IMG/VR virus record: IMGVR_UViG_3300033067_002319
Strand: one strand, 5' to 3'
Source: an uncultured virus (IMG/VR IMGVR_UViG_3300033067_002319)
Lineage: Duplodnaviria; Heunggongvirae; Uroviricota; Caudoviricetes
Length of the DNA stretch: 64,000 nucleotides
Position 1 is the first letter of the stretch. Each line of letters begins with the position of its first letter. Position numbers and translations under genes: made by a program. This document shows, piece after piece, positions 1 to 8,784 of the stretch. The notes under the pieces were generated by a model. It had not been told where the DNA came from. It did not search any database and saw nothing but the letters and a program-made list of their open reading frames with translations.

Positions 1-136
1 CCGCATCGAGCCGGAGCGTGCGCGGGCTTGGATCAGCAAGCAGTGCCGGGCCGAGCTCATCCCCCTGCTTTGCGCAGTCGCGGAAATACGACCGGAGGGC
101 AAGGCTTTTGATTCGATTTAATCTGATCGCATCCAT
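1..136 (-). CDS. hypothetical protein, runs off window edge
   Basis: ATG at 136 after purine-rich leader; open to position 1 (MDAIRLNRIKSLALRSYF...). Confidence 0.4.
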   Translation of the reverse strand, partial: MDAIRLNRIKSLALRSYFRDCAKQGDELGPALLADPSPRTLRLDA

Positions 137-218
137 CTCGTCTCTCTTGTCGCTTTGGTTTGTCGGGGCCGCGAACGTCGAGCAGATCGAGCTGCGCGGT
201 CTCTTTCGTGGCTTCGAG

Positions 219-737
219 TCACTGGAAGTCTCCGGTGAAGACTCGCTTCGCGCTGCCGACGACGTCCTCAAGGCTCGTGTAAACCTCGCGACCCTTGAGC
301 TTCTCGTAACGCTTAATGACGTCAGGGTGGCCAACGTACCCAGGTTCCACGCCGAGTAGAAGCAAGTCGAGCCTGCGAGCCAGACACTGGTCCAACCAGG
401 ATGAGGCGCGCATCCAAGCAAGGGTCCCGTAATTGGAAGCCTCTGTGAGAGGCTTCGGGAACCAGAAGAGCAGCACGCCGTTGTCCGCGTCGTGCGCCAG
501 CCTGGCGGCGCGCTCTTCCCAGGCGCTCTGAAGCGGGTTCTCTGTCCGCTCCGAGACCGCGTCGATCCACCCCGGCCGCCTCGGGTTCAGCACAACCCCG
601 GCGGTGTTGTCTAACAACCTCACCGCGTTCTTCTGCCAATACGGCGCCCTTCGGATAGGGCCGCCGAGGTAGATCACGTTGTATTCATCAAATGAATACT
701 TCGGCAGCTCATTCGACGGATCGAAGTACTTGGTCAT
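219..737 (-). CDS. nucleoside 2-deoxyribosyltransferase-like protein
   Basis: IYLGGPI...WQ...VVLNPRR...WE...LLFWFP pattern of NDT-like family. Confidence 0.75.
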   Translation of the reverse strand: MTKYFDPSNELPKYSFDEYNVIYLGGPIRRAPYWQKNAVRLLDNTAGVVLNPRRPGWIDAVSERTENPLQSAWEERAARLAHDADNGVLLFWFPKPLTEASNYGTLAWMRASSWLDQCLARRLDLLLLGVEPGYVGHPDVIKRYEKLKGREVYTSLEDVVGSAKRVFTGDFQ

Positions 738-1324
738 AGATCCCTCTCAAAGAGCCACGTGTCGATCGTCTTCCCCAACTTGATGAGCTTCTGCGCCCAC
801 GTCATCGCGATGTCCCTGAACGTGTGCCCCTTCTTGGGTTGGTTGTTCTGCCTCTGAACCTGCGGTTTACGCCGTTTATTGATCTCCCTCACGATCGCTG
901 GGCGCAGGAGGTTGTACGCGTTCGGCGGGAACCACTGCATCACGTGCCGGATCACCTCTTTGCGGGACGAGAACCCGAACGACAACGCCACAGGCACCAG
1001 CATCGAGACGACGGTCTGGTGGTTGGTGGGGAGCGGCAGGGCGAGGTGTGTGCTACCGATGTAGGTCATGTCGATCTGGTGGCACGCGTGCGACATGCTG
1101 GTTTCAGCGCGGACCCGTAGCGCACCTTCCCAGTGCTCCACGATGTACACAGCCCCGGCCCAACTCGTCGCGACCGCGAGCACCGTCCAGATCCCGTCGT
1201 CGCGCTTCTTGAGCAGCACTTCCGACTTGCCATTCCTGCGGTGTGAGAGCTGACTGGTATACCAGCGTTGAAAGCGCTGTTCGACGGGCGGCTCCCACCA
1301 CCCCTTCGGCATTGATGTACTCAC
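734..1324 (-). CDS. hypothetical protein
   Basis: 4-nt overlaps with both neighbours. Confidence 0.6.
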   Translation of the reverse strand: MSTSMPKGWWEPPVEQRFQRWYTSQLSHRRNGKSEVLLKKRDDGIWTVLAVATSWAGAVYIVEHWEGALRVRAETSMSHACHQIDMTYIGSTHLALPLPTNHQTVVSMLVPVALSFGFSSRKEVIRHVMQWFPPNAYNLLRPAIVREINKRRKPQVQRQNNQPKKGHTFRDIAMTWAQKLIKLGKTIDTWLFERDL

Positions 1325-1686
1325 AGCCAGCTCTTCTTCCTGGGGACCTGCTCCCCGTCAAACAGGTTCGGGAACTCCTCTTCGAGGCGCTTGGCGAACT
1401 TCGCCTCGATAGCTTCGAGGGCAGCCTGACGCTCGGCTACGAGCTGATTCAACTGTTTGGCAACCTTCTCGCCGCCGGTGCGCGAAAGGACGTAGCGCGC
1501 CCGGAACTTGTCGTTGCGGGAGTAGCCCTTGGGGTTGATGGTGCAGCCTGCATCGTCGACGCTCTGGATGGCGGCGCCGATGCGGTAGGGAAACTGGTCG
1601 TACTTCCAGAAGGCGTAGAGGGTGCGAAGCTTGTCCGCCTCCTTCTCTTCCATCTCCTTGAAGTCTTTGTCGATCGATCGGAACAT
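1321..1686 (-). CDS. hypothetical protein
   Basis: AGGAG RBS, coupled to downstream gene. Confidence 0.7.
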   Translation of the reverse strand: MFRSIDKDFKEMEEKEADKLRTLYAFWKYDQFPYRIGAAIQSVDDAGCTINPKGYSRNDKFRARYVLSRTGGEKVAKQLNQLVAERQAALEAIEAKFAKRLEEEFPNLFDGEQVPRKKSWL

Positions 1687-1695
1687 GGGAATCTC

Positions 1696-2373
1696 CTATT
1701 CGAACTTGTCGAGAACCACCCCAGCTTTCTTGAAAGCCTCAGTGACCCTCGCGTCGTTGTTGTACTCGCTGGCGTACACGACCCTGGCGACCTTGACGCC
1801 GAGAAGGGCCTTCGTGCAGTTCCAGCAGGGGAATGTGTTGGTGTAGAGGGTTGCTCCCACCAAGGAAATGCCGTACTGCGCCGCTTGGAACACGCTGTTC
1901 TGTTCTGCATGAGCGGTCCGAACACAGTTCTGTCGTCCATCCGTTTCGACCAGATCGTGGCCGACGTCATCGCAGTGAGGCTGCCCCGGCAACGCGCCGT
2001 TGTACCCCGTCGCGATGACGCGATTCGAGCGCACCATCACAGCCCCAACGTGCTTGCGGTCGCAGGTGGCCCTGGTCGCTACGAGGTTGGCCAGCTGCAT
2101 GAAGTAGCTGTCCCAGCTCTGACGGCCCTCGTCCATGAATCGAGGGATGGGCAGGTAATTGCCGTCGTTTGCGACGTGATCATCGAGGAACTCCCTAAGA
2201 AGACGGACCCAGACCTGACCTGCACGATCTTCATAGATCACGTTGATCAGATCTGGATCCGCCGAATCACGGGCGAGCCGCAGCACGGTGTACAGGGTGC
2301 CCTTGTAGTGCCGGAAGGCTCGACCCGGCTTGACGATGTCGTGAGTGGGAATGGGGAGCGTGGGCTTTTGCAT
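1696..2373 (-). CDS. DUF1653-like domain fused to dCMP deaminase
   Basis: N-term FRHYKG-LY-V...VIY...VWVR...F; C-term WDSYFM, ATCDR-HVGA, TGYNG, HAEQN, PCWNC. Confidence 0.9.
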   Translation of the reverse strand: MQKPTLPIPTHDIVKPGRAFRHYKGTLYTVLRLARDSADPDLINVIYEDRAGQVWVRLLREFLDDHVANDGNYLPIPRFMDEGRQSWDSYFMQLANLVATRATCDRKHVGAVMVRSNRVIATGYNGALPGQPHCDDVGHDLVETDGRQNCVRTAHAEQNSVFQAAQYGISLVGATLYTNTFPCWNCTKALLGVKVARVVYASEYNNDARVTEAFKKAGVVLDKFE

Positions 2374-2382
2374 GCCAGGGAC

Positions 2383-2401
2383 GTTACCCGAGTCAGGTAA
2401 C
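2383..2401. promoter_or_regulatory. palindrome GTTACC-N7-GGTAAC overlapping a putative minus-strand promoter (TAGTCA-N17-TAACGT)
   Basis: Intergenic; identical arms and spacing recur at 6306-6324. Confidence 0.5.
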
Positions 2402-2410
2402 CTTGACTAC

Positions 2411-2743
2411 TTAGGTGCTGTAGTTGCGCACGCTGCCTGGCATTCGGGGTGGGTGCGCCTCGCGGTACTTCAAGAAGAAGGCGAGAGCCAGTTCCCCGAG
2501 GGGTGTCAGAACGTAGGGCTTCGCTTTCTTGGTGGTCGTCTCGGCTCGCTGAATGTACTTGCGCGTGTGGAGCGCTTTCATGTTGTGCTCGGCCGCTCCC
2601 GGCGTCACGTAGTAATTCTTCTCGAACTCAGCGACCGTGAGCGGACCCTTCGCCAACGCGTTGAGAAGAGCCAGCTGCACGCCGGTGATGGAGATGTTGA
2701 TTAACACGAGAGAACTGCGGATGCGCATTCCTACCGTTCTCAA
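2411..2743 (-). CDS. putative winged-helix DNA-binding protein
   Basis: LLNALAKGPLTVAEF...MKALHTRKYI...YVLTPLGE resembles wHTH; start uncertain. Confidence 0.55.
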   Translation of the reverse strand: MRTVGMRIRSSLVLINISITGVQLALLNALAKGPLTVAEFEKNYYVTPGAAEHNMKALHTRKYIQRAETTTKKAKPYVLTPLGELALAFFLKYREAHPPRMPGSVRNYST

Positions 2744-3072
2744 TTGAGATCCCTCCGAGCCGTTCCCGGCCCTGTCCAGTTGTTCTTCACGTGCTTGAGC
2801 ACGTCCTCCAACGTCTCGATCGTCGTATTGCTCGGCGGGTCCGTCGTCACCTCAAACCGCTCCGGGATCGTCTCCTTGACGACGAACCCGCGTTGCGCCG
2901 GCAACATGGCGACGAGTGTGATGCCGTGCTGGAGCTTGACGACATTGACCCCGTAGATCTTTGCGCCCTCGTAGCGCTCGAACACTCGGTCGTGGGCGCA
3001 GGGGCCGTAGCTCTCGTTGAGGGTCATGCCGAGGACCTTGGCGATCTCGGCGAGAATGGATTCGTAGGTCAT
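2740..3072 (-). CDS. hypothetical protein
   Basis: Overlap-coupled ORF. Confidence 0.6.
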   Translation of the reverse strand: MTYESILAEIAKVLGMTLNESYGPCAHDRVFERYEGAKIYGVNVVKLQHGITLVAMLPAQRGFVVKETIPERFEVTTDPPSNTTIETLEDVLKHVKNNWTGPGTARRDLN

Positions 3073-3431
3073 CCGAAATCATCCGAATCTACTCCCAAGT
3101 AAACCTTCGGGAGTGGTGGTGTGCGTTTACGATTGCCGTAACACCCACACGAAAGCGGCGAACCTTGCCGCGTGGTCTTGCGCAGGATGCACAAAGGGCA
3201 CGGGATGTACTGACAGTCGCCGAGGTTGGTGGTGCGTATCCAGTTCCTGTACGCGATTCCTAACCATCCCGTGTACTGGCTCGACCACCATGTGGCGAAC
3301 CAGAGCGCGCAGCACAACGGATACCCGCTGTGCAGCCCGCATCGGATGTAGCGAAGGCGGCAGGAGACGGTCCACAGGAGGTCTTGAAGCGCGCGAGTGT
3401 CGCGCGTGATGACTCGGTCGGTCCAAGTCAT
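3069..3431 (-). CDS. Cys-rich hypothetical protein
   Basis: CGLHSGYPLCC...YIPCPLC; ATGA coupling at 3431. Confidence 0.55.
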   Translation of the reverse strand: MTWTDRVITRDTRALQDLLWTVSCRLRYIRCGLHSGYPLCCALWFATWWSSQYTGWLGIAYRNWIRTTNLGDCQYIPCPLCILRKTTRQGSPLSCGCYGNRKRTPPLPKVYLGVDSDDFG

Positions 3432-3613
3432 CCCGGCACCGCCACCCACTTCTTGCACTTCGGGCACTTCACGCAATTTTGGAAGTGCCCAATGCCGAAA
3501 GGCATTGCGGCGGTCTTCTTGTTGTAAATGCGAATGGGGGCGACGTCAGCCTTGGTATAACTGAACACCCACTTCTTGCATTTCGGGCACTTGGTTTCGA
3601 TCTTGTCACTCAT
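3428..3613 (-). CDS. small Zn-ribbon protein
   Basis: Duplicated KCPKCKKWV motif; GGAGG RBS. Confidence 0.6.
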   Translation of the reverse strand: MSDKIETKCPKCKKWVFSYTKADVAPIRIYNKKTAAMPFGIGHFQNCVKCPKCKKWVAVPG

Positions 3614-4943
3614 CCGGATACCTCCAATCAATCTCCGCTTCGATTCGGCCCACGCCCGGGCGCACGACTACTTCCAGTCCTTCCGTGTACCGGGCCACTG
3701 CATCCGGCACGAGCACGATGGGAATGCTTCGCTCCAATGCGACTTGAGCCAAGTGGGCGAGGGCGCCGCCAGCTTCCGTGATGATCGCCCTGGCTCCTAC
3801 CAGCTTCTCCAGGTGGTCGGGATGGAGATTGGGCAGTACCACCACCTCCTTCCCGATCTTCCCGCGCACATCCCTCCCCGGTACGAGCACACCCACTTCG
3901 AAGTTGGCGTACTGCTTCTGCAAGCCGAACATTGTGTCGACGGCGGCCTTGTGTAGATCGCCGCCGTACGGGTACGGCGTGTTGAGGTTGTACCCGGCGC
4001 CGACATACCAATCGGTGTGCGCCCGGTTGTCGCCTTGAAGCTTCACCCCGGGCGGGCACACGGGTTTCCACGGGGCCATGTGCTTCATCAGCGTCCGCCC
4101 GAGCGCGTAGGCCATGAACGGTTTACGCGGTACGTACGCGACCGTCGGCCCATCGTCCATTCCGAGCGCGATCAGCTCAGGGCCGTTCTGCTCCATGATC
4201 TGAGCGCGCCAACAGGCGCAGTCTTTGAGGTGCAGGCGCGCGGATTCTTCTTGGTGTTCGTTCTGGGCGGCACGCCGAGCCTGAATGGCCTCAAGTTCTT
4301 CGGGAGGAGTTATGGGCTGTTTGCTGATGCTTGCGGCCCGGACCGTGTCCACGCACCCCGTCTCCTGCAAGCGGCGTCCGGCGGCCTCGTAGGCCTCAAC
4401 GGCTTCTTGTGCGTCGCGCGCTACAGGCCACCAGTGCGGAGGTTCACCACACGGCGTGAAGTTGACGGTGGTCCCGCTTCCAGGTTGCCGGACGCCAGTG
4501 ACGCCGCGCTTGTTTCGGATGTCCAAGGCGATGTCGTTCGGGCCGCCGTAGAACAAACATCGCCGGTCACTCCACTCTTTAGGTACTCCGTAACCGGCGT
4601 TTGAAATCATCGAGGCGGTTCGATTGGCGAAGACGGCGTCATCCTCCCCGAAATTCGTGACGACCTTGTCCGGCACATACCACTTCCCTCGGACCTGAAT
4701 CCTCCCGGCATAAAGCCACTTGATCTGCTTGATGTACTCCTCGTCGATGTGCTCTTCGAGTTCCAAGTCGTTGGTGCCCGTGAAGCGCGCCTTACCGTCG
4801 AGCACGTCCCTGGCGATCTTGTCGATGTTCCCTTCGCCCATGAGCCCGTCGGCGATCACGCGCCAGGCTTTGGCGGGTTGATCGTCGAGAAAGAGGTTGC
4901 GAGCAAGGGTGGTGAAGCCCTCGCCGGTGATGGAGAAGTTCAT
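3606..4943 (-). CDS. protein with C-terminal PEP-utilising mobile (phospho-His swivel) domain
   Basis: AIITEAGGALAHLAQVALERSIPIV resembles GGxTSHAAIVARE consensus. Confidence 0.75.
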   Translation of the reverse strand: MNFSITGEGFTTLARNLFLDDQPAKAWRVIADGLMGEGNIDKIARDVLDGKARFTGTNDLELEEHIDEEYIKQIKWLYAGRIQVRGKWYVPDKVVTNFGEDDAVFANRTASMISNAGYGVPKEWSDRRCLFYGGPNDIALDIRNKRGVTGVRQPGSGTTVNFTPCGEPPHWWPVARDAQEAVEAYEAAGRRLQETGCVDTVRAASISKQPITPPEELEAIQARRAAQNEHQEESARLHLKDCACWRAQIMEQNGPELIALGMDDGPTVAYVPRKPFMAYALGRTLMKHMAPWKPVCPPGVKLQGDNRAHTDWYVGAGYNLNTPYPYGGDLHKAAVDTMFGLQKQYANFEVGVLVPGRDVRGKIGKEVVVLPNLHPDHLEKLVGARAIITEAGGALAHLAQVALERSIPIVLVPDAVARYTEGLEVVVRPGVGRIEAEIDWRYPDE

Positions 4944-4962
4944 ACTACACGGGCCAACTTCC

Positions 4963-5232
4963 TCATGTCCTCGACTCCACTTCCAGCCTGTGCGCTAAGT
5001 ACCGCATCATGCTTGCGTTATGTAGGCAGATGGACTGGCCTGGCTCTGGCCGTTCCATCCGCGCTGCCTCTTTTTCATTCTGCATGTACGCCATCTCGCG
5101 CTTCGCGTACTCCCAGTTCCCGTCGGTGTTCTCGACGGGGAAGTCATTGCAACCGTGGTTGAAGAATTCGGTCGCCGCCAGGTCCAGGAGCACAGCAGCA
5201 AAGCCCAGTTCGAGTTTGGAGAGCGCCATCAC
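4963..5232 (-). CDS. hypothetical protein
   Basis: Coupled ORF. Confidence 0.55.
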   Translation of the reverse strand: MMALSKLELGFAAVLLDLAATEFFNHGCNDFPVENTDGNWEYAKREMAYMQNEKEAARMERPEPGQSICLHNASMMRYLAHRLEVESRT

Positions 5233-5747
5233 TCGTACTCCTTCGTATCCGCCCCATCCACCAGCTGCCAGATCTGTACCTCGCGCTCATGGATCCCCCG
5301 CGACGCGTCCGAGTACTTGTACTTCTGTCCCGTCTTGCTGAGGATCTTCTCCCGCACGAGGCGCCCCATGGCCGCACCGAGCCAGAACTCCGCGCCGGTG
5401 TCGGGGCCCACGAGGCCCTGGCGCTCCATCTCCTCGCGAACCTCGCGCGAGTGGACCGTGAGCTTGCGCTTGGCGATCTTCACGGCGACGCGACAAGCGT
5501 TGACGATCTGCTCCGGGTACTTGGCTTCGAGCTGCTGCATGGCTTTCTTGGTTCCTTCTCGCGGGTCGGCGGAGTGGGGGTAGGGGGGTTGAGGTGTCAT
5601 CCGCACCGCCGTAGGTGGGATGACCTTCGCCCGCGCTACGTACGCCTGGTACGTGCCATCGGCGTGTTGGTACATTGCAACCTTGTGCTTCTTGACCTCC
5701 GCAGGGGTCCAGACCTTCCAAGCTTCGTCAGTCGTTTTGTAGGACAT
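5229..5747 (-). CDS. hypothetical protein
   Basis: AGGAG RBS, GC3-rich codons. Confidence 0.7.
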   Translation of the reverse strand: MSYKTTDEAWKVWTPAEVKKHKVAMYQHADGTYQAYVARAKVIPPTAVRMTPQPPYPHSADPREGTKKAMQQLEAKYPEQIVNACRVAVKIAKRKLTVHSREVREEMERQGLVGPDTGAEFWLGAAMGRLVREKILSKTGQKYKYSDASRGIHEREVQIWQLVDGADTKEYE

Positions 5748-5757
5748 GGGTGTCCTC

Positions 5758-6186
5758 CTAGTAGGTCGTAACCGTGGCGATCCAGGTGCCCTTGAGTTTG
5801 GCCTCGTCGCCGAGTTCCTTGGCGCTCTTGAAGAAGTGCTCGGGTGATCCCGTGTCCGGTGTGACTCGCATCTCGAATACGACGCCGTCCGGACGCGGGT
5901 CGCGCACTACGAGCTGAAGAAAACCTCGGGGACGCACGGCCAGCTCGATCCGCAGGTGGTACGTCATGTTGTTCTTCTTCGTCTCGGCCTCCCAACGAAG
6001 CAAGAGCACTTCGTCACTGCGGCCTCGCGACTCGTGGTAGGTAGGCGTCGGCAAGCCACACTCGCCCGTAAGACGAGCTAAAGCAATTCGCGCGTAGGTC
6101 ACACATTTCGTGACTCGCGTCGCCCTCGCCTCAAGTTCTACGGCGTAAGCCGTCAGCATCTCGTCGATGGTTTGTTCAGTAGGCAT
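5758..6186 (-). CDS. hypothetical protein
   Basis: AAGGA RBS before ATG 6186. Confidence 0.6.
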   Translation of the reverse strand: MPTEQTIDEMLTAYAVELEARATRVTKCVTYARIALARLTGECGLPTPTYHESRGRSDEVLLLRWEAETKKNNMTYHLRIELAVRPRGFLQLVVRDPRPDGVVFEMRVTPDTGSPEHFFKSAKELGDEAKLKGTWIATVTTY

Positions 6187-6218
6187 AAAGGTCCTTGGCT
6201 TAGGGGTTCCTAAAGGCA

Positions 6219-6263
6219 ACGCCCCGCAACGCTCGGGTGCCTGGGCCGAGCGCTGCGGGGCGT
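6219..6263 (-). terminator. 18-bp GC-rich hairpin (terminator or attenuator)
   Basis: ACGCCCCGCAGCGCTCGG / CCGAGCGTTGCGGGGCGT on minus strand, with one G-U pair. Confidence 0.6.
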
Positions 6264-6290
6264 ATCAACGGGAAGGGCTCCCCGGTCGTG

Positions 6291-6324
6291 ATGTTACCGA
6301 AGCCAGTTACCCTGTCAAGGTAAC
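6291..6324 (-). promoter_or_regulatory. sigma70-type promoter TTGACA-N16-TAACAT with -35 inside GTTACC-N7-GGTAAC palindrome
   Basis: Minus strand reads gttaccTTGACAgggtaactggcttcggTAACAT. Confidence 0.6.
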
Positions 6325-6382
6325 CTCGACACCAGGGCCTTTGATGTCTATCAGGGTAACCTCGACACCAGGGCCTTTGATG
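6319..6382. repeat. 28-bp perfect direct repeat, period 36
   Basis: GGTAACCTCGACACCAGGGCCTTTGATG at 6319-6346 and 6355-6382. Confidence 0.95.
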
Positions 6383-6749
6383 CCTCGGCAGCCCCGAGGG
6401 CGTTCTTGGCCAGGATGCGAAGAAGGGCGGGGAGGTACTGGACGGCGTATTGCTGTCTGGAACGGTGCGCGCCCGTAACACGCCAAAGCAGTCCCGGTGC
6501 CCAACCGTGCTCGATCGACTGATACATAAGCCCCCAACCCTTGGTATCTCGGGCCCACCACAACCAGAACTCGATTGGGGGCTCGTGCTGCCTTTCGATG
6601 CGAGCATCCGCCATAAGGACCTTGGCTTCGACAGTGAGCCCGAGCTTGATGAGGACTTCCGTTGTGTCGTTCAGCGCCTTGAGCAACGCCTCGTCAGACA
6701 TCTTGAGCCCGATGGCGACTTGAGCGAGGTGTTCGTCGATGGTGGTCAT
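6351..6749 (-). CDS. hypothetical protein
   Basis: AGGAG RBS before MTTIDEH. Confidence 0.6.
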   Translation of the reverse strand: MTTIDEHLAQVAIGLKMSDEALLKALNDTTEVLIKLGLTVEAKVLMADARIERQHEPPIEFWLWWARDTKGWGLMYQSIEHGWAPGLLWRVTGAHRSRQQYAVQYLPALLRILAKNALGAAEASKALVSRLP

Positions 6750-6757
6750 GTGATCTC

Positions 6758-7249
6758 CTACAGCAGTGCGTCCGCACTCAGGATCTTCAAGTCCTTGAGT
6801 GTGAGCTTGTACCGCTTCGTGGGTGTGCGTTGGTTGTCGTTGTTGGTGTATGCGCACGCGACGATACAATCGCCGGTAACACTGAAGCTGCTGACCTTGA
6901 CGTGGTTGCCGTCCCAGATGAACCACGTACCCACGGCAACGCGGCATCGACCAATCAAGAAGGGCGCACGCTTCTGACGGGCCTCCCATGCCTTTGCGGC
7001 CGAGATATTCCCTTCCTCCACTGCGATGGTGTACATGTGCTCCGCGTCGAGCCAGGACTGCCCTCGGAAGTCACGGTAGATCGTCGACCAGTCTTCGAGA
7101 TGGAAGAGAAGGCCCGCGCTCACGGCAAGGCGCGTCGCCGCCCCCATCGCCGCGTTCAGTCTCCTCCAGGACTTGGTCTTCCCCCCGTCGACGTTGTGCC
7201 ACACGTGACGAATAAGAGCCACGGCCGGGCTGTCGGAGACTCGGGTCAC
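6758..7249 (-). CDS. hypothetical protein
   Basis: GTG start overlapping upstream stop (GTGA), GGAGG RBS. Confidence 0.6.
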   Translation of the reverse strand: MTRVSDSPAVALIRHVWHNVDGGKTKSWRRLNAAMGAATRLAVSAGLLFHLEDWSTIYRDFRGQSWLDAEHMYTIAVEEGNISAAKAWEARQKRAPFLIGRCRVAVGTWFIWDGNHVKVSSFSVTGDCIVACAYTNNDNQRTPTKRYKLTLKDLKILSADALL

Positions 7250-7866
7250 AACGACCTCCGCGACGCGGCGCCCGTAGCTACTGCGTTGGTCGCGTACTGT
7301 GTCTTGTCGAGCAGCGTCACCCCATCCGGCGTGACCGCGTACGCCGGGATCCCGAACTGCGCCGCGTCGTGCATGATGTGGCAGCCGTCGCGCATCGGCA
7401 GCTCCAGTTTCCCGGGCTTGTATCGGCTTCGCCACGGGGTGTTGTCCGCATGCTGCCCGACGCGTGTGTAGCTGAGCGGCACGGAGATGGTCTCGCCAAG
7501 GAAGTGCTTGTACACGAGGCGGTATCGGACGACGAACTCGTGCCAGTCGTTGTCCTGGCACTCCCACACCAGCTCCAAGCGCGGCACCGGCAACACTCCG
7601 TCGTCGGGGCCGTTTGTTCGCACGATCATCAGGGCGTCGGGGCCGTTTGTTCGCGCGATCATCAGGGCGTCGTGTGATTCGCGGAGTTGCTTCTTCAGCG
7701 TCGCGACTTCGGTCTCCACATCTTCGATGTGGTTGTTCTTCTCGACCAGGGCCGTATTGACTGCGTCGAACAAGGCGCTTTGCGGGAACGTCTCGGCGAC
7801 GAGCAGCATGGCATCATCTGTCGTGAGCTGCGCCAAGGCGATGCGAACTTCTTCAAGTTTGGTCAT
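7246..7866 (-). CDS. hypothetical protein with coiled coil and 11-aa duplication
   Basis: GGAGGAG RBS; DALMIARTNGP/DALMIVRTNGP. Confidence 0.7.
   Translation of the reverse strand: MTKLEEVRIALAQLTTDDAMLLVAETFPQSALFDAVNTALVEKNNHIEDVETEVATLKKQLRESHDALMIARTNGPDALMIVRTNGPDDGVLPVPRLELVWECQDNDWHEFVVRYRLVYKHFLGETISVPLSYTRVGQHADNTPWRSRYKPGKLELPMRDGCHIMHDAAQFGIPAYAVTPDGVTLLDKTQYATNAVATGAASRRSL
7602..7672. repeat. 33-bp in-frame tandem duplication
   Basis: CGTCGGGGCCGTTTGTTCGC(A/G)CGATCATCAGGG x2. Confidence 0.9.
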
Positions 7867-7930
7867 AGATCTCCTCCAACATTTTTGCCTCGCGAGGCAT
7901 TTGTGATTTGACAAAAGCCTCTCGTTCAAT

Positions 7931-7958
7931 CTTGTACCAGTTTCCTCTTTGTGTTTAC
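7931..7958 (-). promoter_or_regulatory. bipartite promoter-like motif GTAAA-N13-CTGGTACAAG
   Basis: Same boxes and spacing at 31073-31100; variant at 17675-17702. Confidence 0.55.
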
Positions 7959-7967
7959 ACTGCCTCT

Positions 7968-8324
7968 ATGCGTATCACGGCACAAGTCCTCAAGGACATC
8001 AAGAAACAGCTCAAATCCCAGGACGCGAGCGACATTCAGGCCGAGCGGTTGGCGGAGCTCAAGGCGATCAAGGTGCAGTACGAGCTGGCCGTGCTGGCGA
8101 ACTACAAGCACACGATCAAGCCCCGGCAGGACTTGTCGCTGTTCGTCGCTAAGGCCCAGCTGGCCGACGTAAGCGACATCGGACCCGAGGCGTACAAGGC
8201 TCTCAAGAAGGAAATTCGGGAGGCAGGGAAAGTTCCCATCACCATGCTCGAACTCCCTGAGTGGGTATCTCAGATCGTCAATCGAGCGCCGCCAAAGGCG
8301 TTGCGGGTGCGGCGCATCGCTTAG
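7968..8324 (+). CDS. hypothetical protein
   Basis: TACACT-N6-ATG; GC3-rich codons. Confidence 0.65.
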   Translation: MRITAQVLKDIKKQLKSQDASDIQAERLAELKAIKVQYELAVLANYKHTIKPRQDLSLFVAKAQLADVSDIGPEAYKALKKEIREAGKVPITMLELPEWVSQIVNRAPPKALRVRRIA

Positions 8325-8394
8325 GTTGTTTACGGCGTGAACGTTTCAGGGGGATCAATAACCGTTACTCTGCTCCGGGATGGGTGGATCTGAC

Positions 8395-8763
8395 ATGAAG
8401 TTCGAAATCAACGGCAACAAACTGCTGAACAAACTCCAGGCTCAAAAGCAGCGCTGTGAGAAAAAGTGCAACGAGGCGGAGTTGTTTCGTACCGAGCATG
8501 CGAAGCACTGTAAGGCCGCCGAGTGCTCTGCGGCATCTTCGGTGAAGACGCTGCTCTTGCACATCAACCATCACGTACGGCGCTTGGACGCACTGAGGGA
8601 CGCGATGGACGGGAATAGGATCTACAAGATCAAGGCCGACACCTACGTGAACGACTACGTGGATTCGCCCTACGACACGGTGCAGTTCCCGAACCCAAAG
8701 CAGCCCGACAAGGCCAGTGCCTCTGGGTTCGCGAGGGCTTTCGCGAACTGTCCAGGTAATTGA
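8395..8763 (+). CDS. hypothetical protein
   Basis: ORF with GC3-rich codons. Confidence 0.6.
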   Translation: MKFEINGNKLLNKLQAQKQRCEKKCNEAELFRTEHAKHCKAAECSAASSVKTLLLHINHHVRRLDALRDAMDGNRIYKIKADTYVNDYVDSPYDTVQFPNPKQPDKASASGFARAFANCPGN

Positions 8764-8784
8764 GGCTGCTAGCTTTTTTCAGTT

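Noticed and set aside
137..218. Structured intergenic RNA or riboswitch
   Set aside because: Only weak imperfect pairing; no recognisable consensus
6319..6382. Possible mini CRISPR array
   Set aside because: Only two repeats with an 8-nt gap, one copy is coding, no cas genes
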